Sequence record: DRR723986_5609
Length of the DNA stretch: 51,444 bases
Direction: 5' to 3' (one strand)
The notes under the pieces are model-generated. The model was not told where the DNA came from and ran no database searches. It was given only the letters and a program-made list of their open reading frames with translations. The position numbers were made by a program, and so were the translations under genes. This document shows positions 48,578 through 51,444 of the stretch, piece after piece; the stretch's first letter is position 1, and each line of letters begins with the position of its first letter.

Positions 48578-49834
48578 TTACCCGAAAAAGCTCTGAGCCT
48601 TCAACAGGGCTTCATACAACGCGTCCACTTCCGCACGCGTGTTGTAAAGCCCGAAGCTTGCCCGACATGTAGAGGTCACACCATATCTTGCCAAGAGCGG
48701 CTGTGCACAATGGGTCCCTGCCCGCACGGCGACCCCTGCCCGGTCGATGATCGTGGCAACGTCGTGCGCGTGGGCGCCCTGCAGTTCGAACGAGACAATT
48801 GCACCCTTGTCCGGCGCATCCCCGAAAATCCGCAGCGAGTTGATCTCACGCAGCTTCCGGTGGGCATAATCCTTCAGATCAGCTTCGTGGCGTGCAATGT
48901 TTTCACGGCCTATCGCATCCATATAGTCGAGCGCCGCGCCAAGACCGATTGCCTGCACGATCGGCGGCGTACCGGCCTCAAACCTGTGCGGCGGTTCATT
49001 ATAGGTAACAAGGTCCTCGGTCACGTCGAGGATCATCTCGCCGCCACCGTTGAAGGGACGCAAGGCTTTCAGCCGATCCGGCTTGCCCCACAGAACCCCG
49101 ATGCCCGACGGCCCATAGACCTTGTGTCCCGTGAAAACATAATAGTCGCAGTCGATGTCCTGAACGTCGACAGGAAGATGCACGGCCGCCTGGCTTCCGT
49201 CCACAAGCACCGGGATGCCCCGTTCATGCGCGATCCGGCAAACTTCCTTCACCGGAACGACCGTGCCCAGAACATTCGACATGTGCGTGAGCGCAACCAG
49301 TCTTGTCTTGTCCGTCAAGGTATCAGCAAAGGCATCAAGATCGAACGAGCCATCCTCGCGAACATAGACCCATTTCAGCTTCGCACCGTGACGTTCACGG
49401 TGAAAATGCCACGGCACGATGTTGGAATGGTGTTCCATGATCGACAGAACGATTTCACCGCCATCGGCAAAATAGTCGGGCCCGAGGCCGTAGGACACCA
49501 GGTTGATCGCTTCGGTCGTGGACTTGGTGAAAACCACCTCATCGACGGATCCGGCATTCAGGAAACGGCGCACTTTCTCGCGCGCGGCTTCATAGTTGTC
49601 CGTTGCGGTATTCGACAGGAAATGCAGGCCACGATGAACGTTGGCGTACTCCTCCGAGTAAGCCTTGGTCACCGCATCTATCACCTGCTGGGGTTTCTGG
49701 GCGGAAGCACCGTTATCCAGATAGACCAGCGGCTTGCCGTAAACCTCCCGCGACAGGATCGGAAAATCCCGACGGATGGTTTCGACGTCATAACCGGTGT
49801 TGCCGGTTGTTTCTTCTGCGGTCGCGACCGTCAT
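48578..49834 (-). CDS. sufS: Cysteine desulfurase SufS
   Basis: YLDNGASAQKP, NVHRG, TGHKVYGP (PLP Lys), RAGTHCAQP. Confidence 0.98.
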   Translation of the reverse strand: MTVATAEETTGNTGYDVETIRRDFPILSREVYGKPLVYLDNGASAQKPQQVIDAVTKAYSEEYANVHRGLHFLSNTATDNYEAAREKVRRFLNAGSVDEVVFTKSTTEAINLVSYGLGPDYFADGGEIVLSIMEHHSNIVPWHFHRERHGAKLKWVYVREDGSFDLDAFADTLTDKTRLVALTHMSNVLGTVVPVKEVCRIAHERGIPVLVDGSQAAVHLPVDVQDIDCDYYVFTGHKVYGPSGIGVLWGKPDRLKALRPFNGGGEMILDVTEDLVTYNEPPHRFEAGTPPIVQAIGLGAALDYMDAIGRENIARHEADLKDYAHRKLREINSLRIFGDAPDKGAIVSFELQGAHAHDVATIIDRAGVAVRAGTHCAQPLLARYGVTSTCRASFGLYNTRAEVDALYEALLKAQSFFG

Positions 49835-49869
49835 GCGGCGCTGCTCCTTATTCCCGTTCGCTTCAGATG

Positions 49870-51189
49870 TCAGTGATTGGCAAGCCAGTCACGCACGCGC
49901 GCTTCCAGGCCTTCGGTCACATCGTCCTCGCCGTATTCTTCAATCGCTTCGGACAGGAAAGCGAGTACCAGAAGGGTCTTTGCCTCGTCTTCCGGAATGC
50001 CTCTGGCGCGCAGGTAGAAGAGCAGGTCTTCATCAATCTGTCCGCTGGTCGCACCATGGGCACACAATACGTCGTCCGCGAAAATCTCCAGTTCGGGCTT
50101 GTTCGCCATTTCCGCATCCTCGGAGAGGAGCAGAGCCTGGGTCATCATCTCGCCATCGGTTTTCTGCGCATGCTGGGCAACGTTGATGCGACCCTGGTAG
50201 ACACCCCTGGCCTCGCCGTCCAGCACGGTCTTGAAGAACTCGCGGCTGTTGCAGTGTGGCACAGCATGATCGACGATCAGCGTCTGATCAGCCAGCGATT
50301 TACCGCCAGCCATGGTTACGCCGTAGATCTTCGCTTCCGAATTTTCACCGGTAAAGTTGATGAATTGCTGGTTGCGCGTGAACTGCGGTCCGGCGATGAA
50401 GCCAAGCGATTTCAGCTCGGTTTCAGCGCCAAGCGTTGCGATTGTCGTAAACAGCTGCGCGGCGTTCGTCTTGCCGACGATCAACCGCGTGGCAGCAAGC
50501 GCTGCCTTGTCGGCGAGATCGTAGTCAAACACCGTATTCAGCTCCCCTTCACCGGTATCTCCGACAAAGGTTTCCAGAAGACGCAATTTTGCGCCTTCGC
50601 CAAGTTCAATGCGGTTGCGGACGGCCTGGGCACCCGCGGAAGTTGCAACCTGAACCAGCTCAACCGGCTTGGACACTTCCACGCCCGCCGCGACTGTCAT
50701 GACGACGCCGCCTTGGAGGAAGGCAGTGTTCAAGGCAACGACACCGTCGGACGGTCCCGTCTTTGGTGACGCAATCAGCTGGGTGCCTGTTTCGCCGGCA
50801 AGAGCATCGGCAACGTTTGTCAGGGTTACACCTTCGCCTGCGAGCGCTTCCACGTCCGAAAGCTCGGCAAGATAGGAACCGTTGGCAACGACGATGCGGT
50901 ACCGGTCGAGATCTCCGAAACCGTCCTGTGTCTCGATCAGCTTGCTGGCAATGACCGCGTCAGTTGCACCCGCAAGGGAGGCAGCCGACTTCATGTAGGC
51001 ACGCAGGTCGGAATACTTGTATTCCTCTACCCGGCGATGCGGCAGTCCACGGTCCCGAATCTGGCCGAGCGCCGCTTCGCGGAGAGCCTTGACGGCAACC
51101 GAGCCGGCCAAGCTGTCTTTCGCGCTGTCGAAACGCTCCAGCAGGTCGCTTTCCGCCTGGGTGTGTTTGATGGGTGCGCTGGCGTTCAT
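49870..51189 (-). CDS. sufD: Fe-S cluster assembly protein SufD
   Basis: EEYKYSDL, AQKTDG...LLLSE.A...KPELEIFADDVLCAHGAT, LFYLRARGI. Confidence 0.97.
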   Translation of the reverse strand: MNASAPIKHTQAESDLLERFDSAKDSLAGSVAVKALREAALGQIRDRGLPHRRVEEYKYSDLRAYMKSAASLAGATDAVIASKLIETQDGFGDLDRYRIVVANGSYLAELSDVEALAGEGVTLTNVADALAGETGTQLIASPKTGPSDGVVALNTAFLQGGVVMTVAAGVEVSKPVELVQVATSAGAQAVRNRIELGEGAKLRLLETFVGDTGEGELNTVFDYDLADKAALAATRLIVGKTNAAQLFTTIATLGAETELKSLGFIAGPQFTRNQQFINFTGENSEAKIYGVTMAGGKSLADQTLIVDHAVPHCNSREFFKTVLDGEARGVYQGRINVAQHAQKTDGEMMTQALLLSEDAEMANKPELEIFADDVLCAHGATSGQIDEDLLFYLRARGIPEDEAKTLLVLAFLSEAIEEYGEDDVTEGLEARVRDWLANH

Positions 51190-51203
51190 ATCGCTTTGCT
51201 CCC

Positions 51204-51444
51204 TCAGGCGGCCGTGTCGATGTAGTCGGCGTAACCGTTCTTTTCCAGCTCCAGCGCAAGGTCCTTGTCGCCGGTCTTGACGATGCGGCCCTTGGACAGA
51301 ACGTGGACGACGTCCGGAACGATGTGGTCAAGCAGACGCTGATAGTGGGTGATCACCACCATGGCGCGATCCGGACCGCGCAGCTTGTTCACGCCTTCAG
51401 AAACGATCCTGAGTGCGTCGATGTCGAGGCCGGAATCGGTCTCG
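51204..51444 (-). CDS. sufC: Fe-S cluster assembly ATPase SufC (3' end only)
   Basis: [22 protein letters not shown]...ITHYQRLL...PDVVHVL..GRIVKTG...[10 protein letters not shown]. Confidence 0.97.
   Translation of the reverse strand, partial: ETDSGLDIDALRIVSEGVNKLRGPDRAMVVITHYQRLLDHIVPDVVHVLSKGRIVKTGDKDLALELEKNGYADYIDTAA

Overview
This is a GC-rich alphaproteobacterial chromosome segment. Gene order points to Hyphomicrobiales/Rhizobiales and it looks Roseibium/Labrenzia-like, which is an inference. Most of it is core genome: paaA(partial)-paaX, a stand-alone znuA, an L,D-transpeptidase, ssb/uvrA, trmFO, yajC-secD-secF plus NDUFAF3-like and NDUFAF6-like genes, a DUF815 ATPase, the dgt-argS-SPOR...nagZ-scpAB-ABC-tatABC-serS-surE-pcm-nlpD cluster, erpA-xth, exoR, parE, a DEAD-box helicase, a GGDEF protein and sufC(partial)-sufD-sufS-sufT-sufA-tenA. 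I found no mobile element, CRISPR array, rRNA or tRNA. The ORF track misses paaA and two 49-aa DUF1127 genes, each followed by a cuckoo-type sRNA with CCUCCUCCC hairpin loops. The least explained elements are an orphan 158-aa HEXXH metallopeptidase, a sulfotransferase-fold protein with degenerate PAPS motifs, a small Cys-rich exported protein and an esterase/DMT/LysR insertion. Also notable are a 15-bp tandem duplication giving twin promoter/Zur boxes at znuA and recurrent C-terminal AAE tails. Nothing here is demonstrably a new system from sequence alone.
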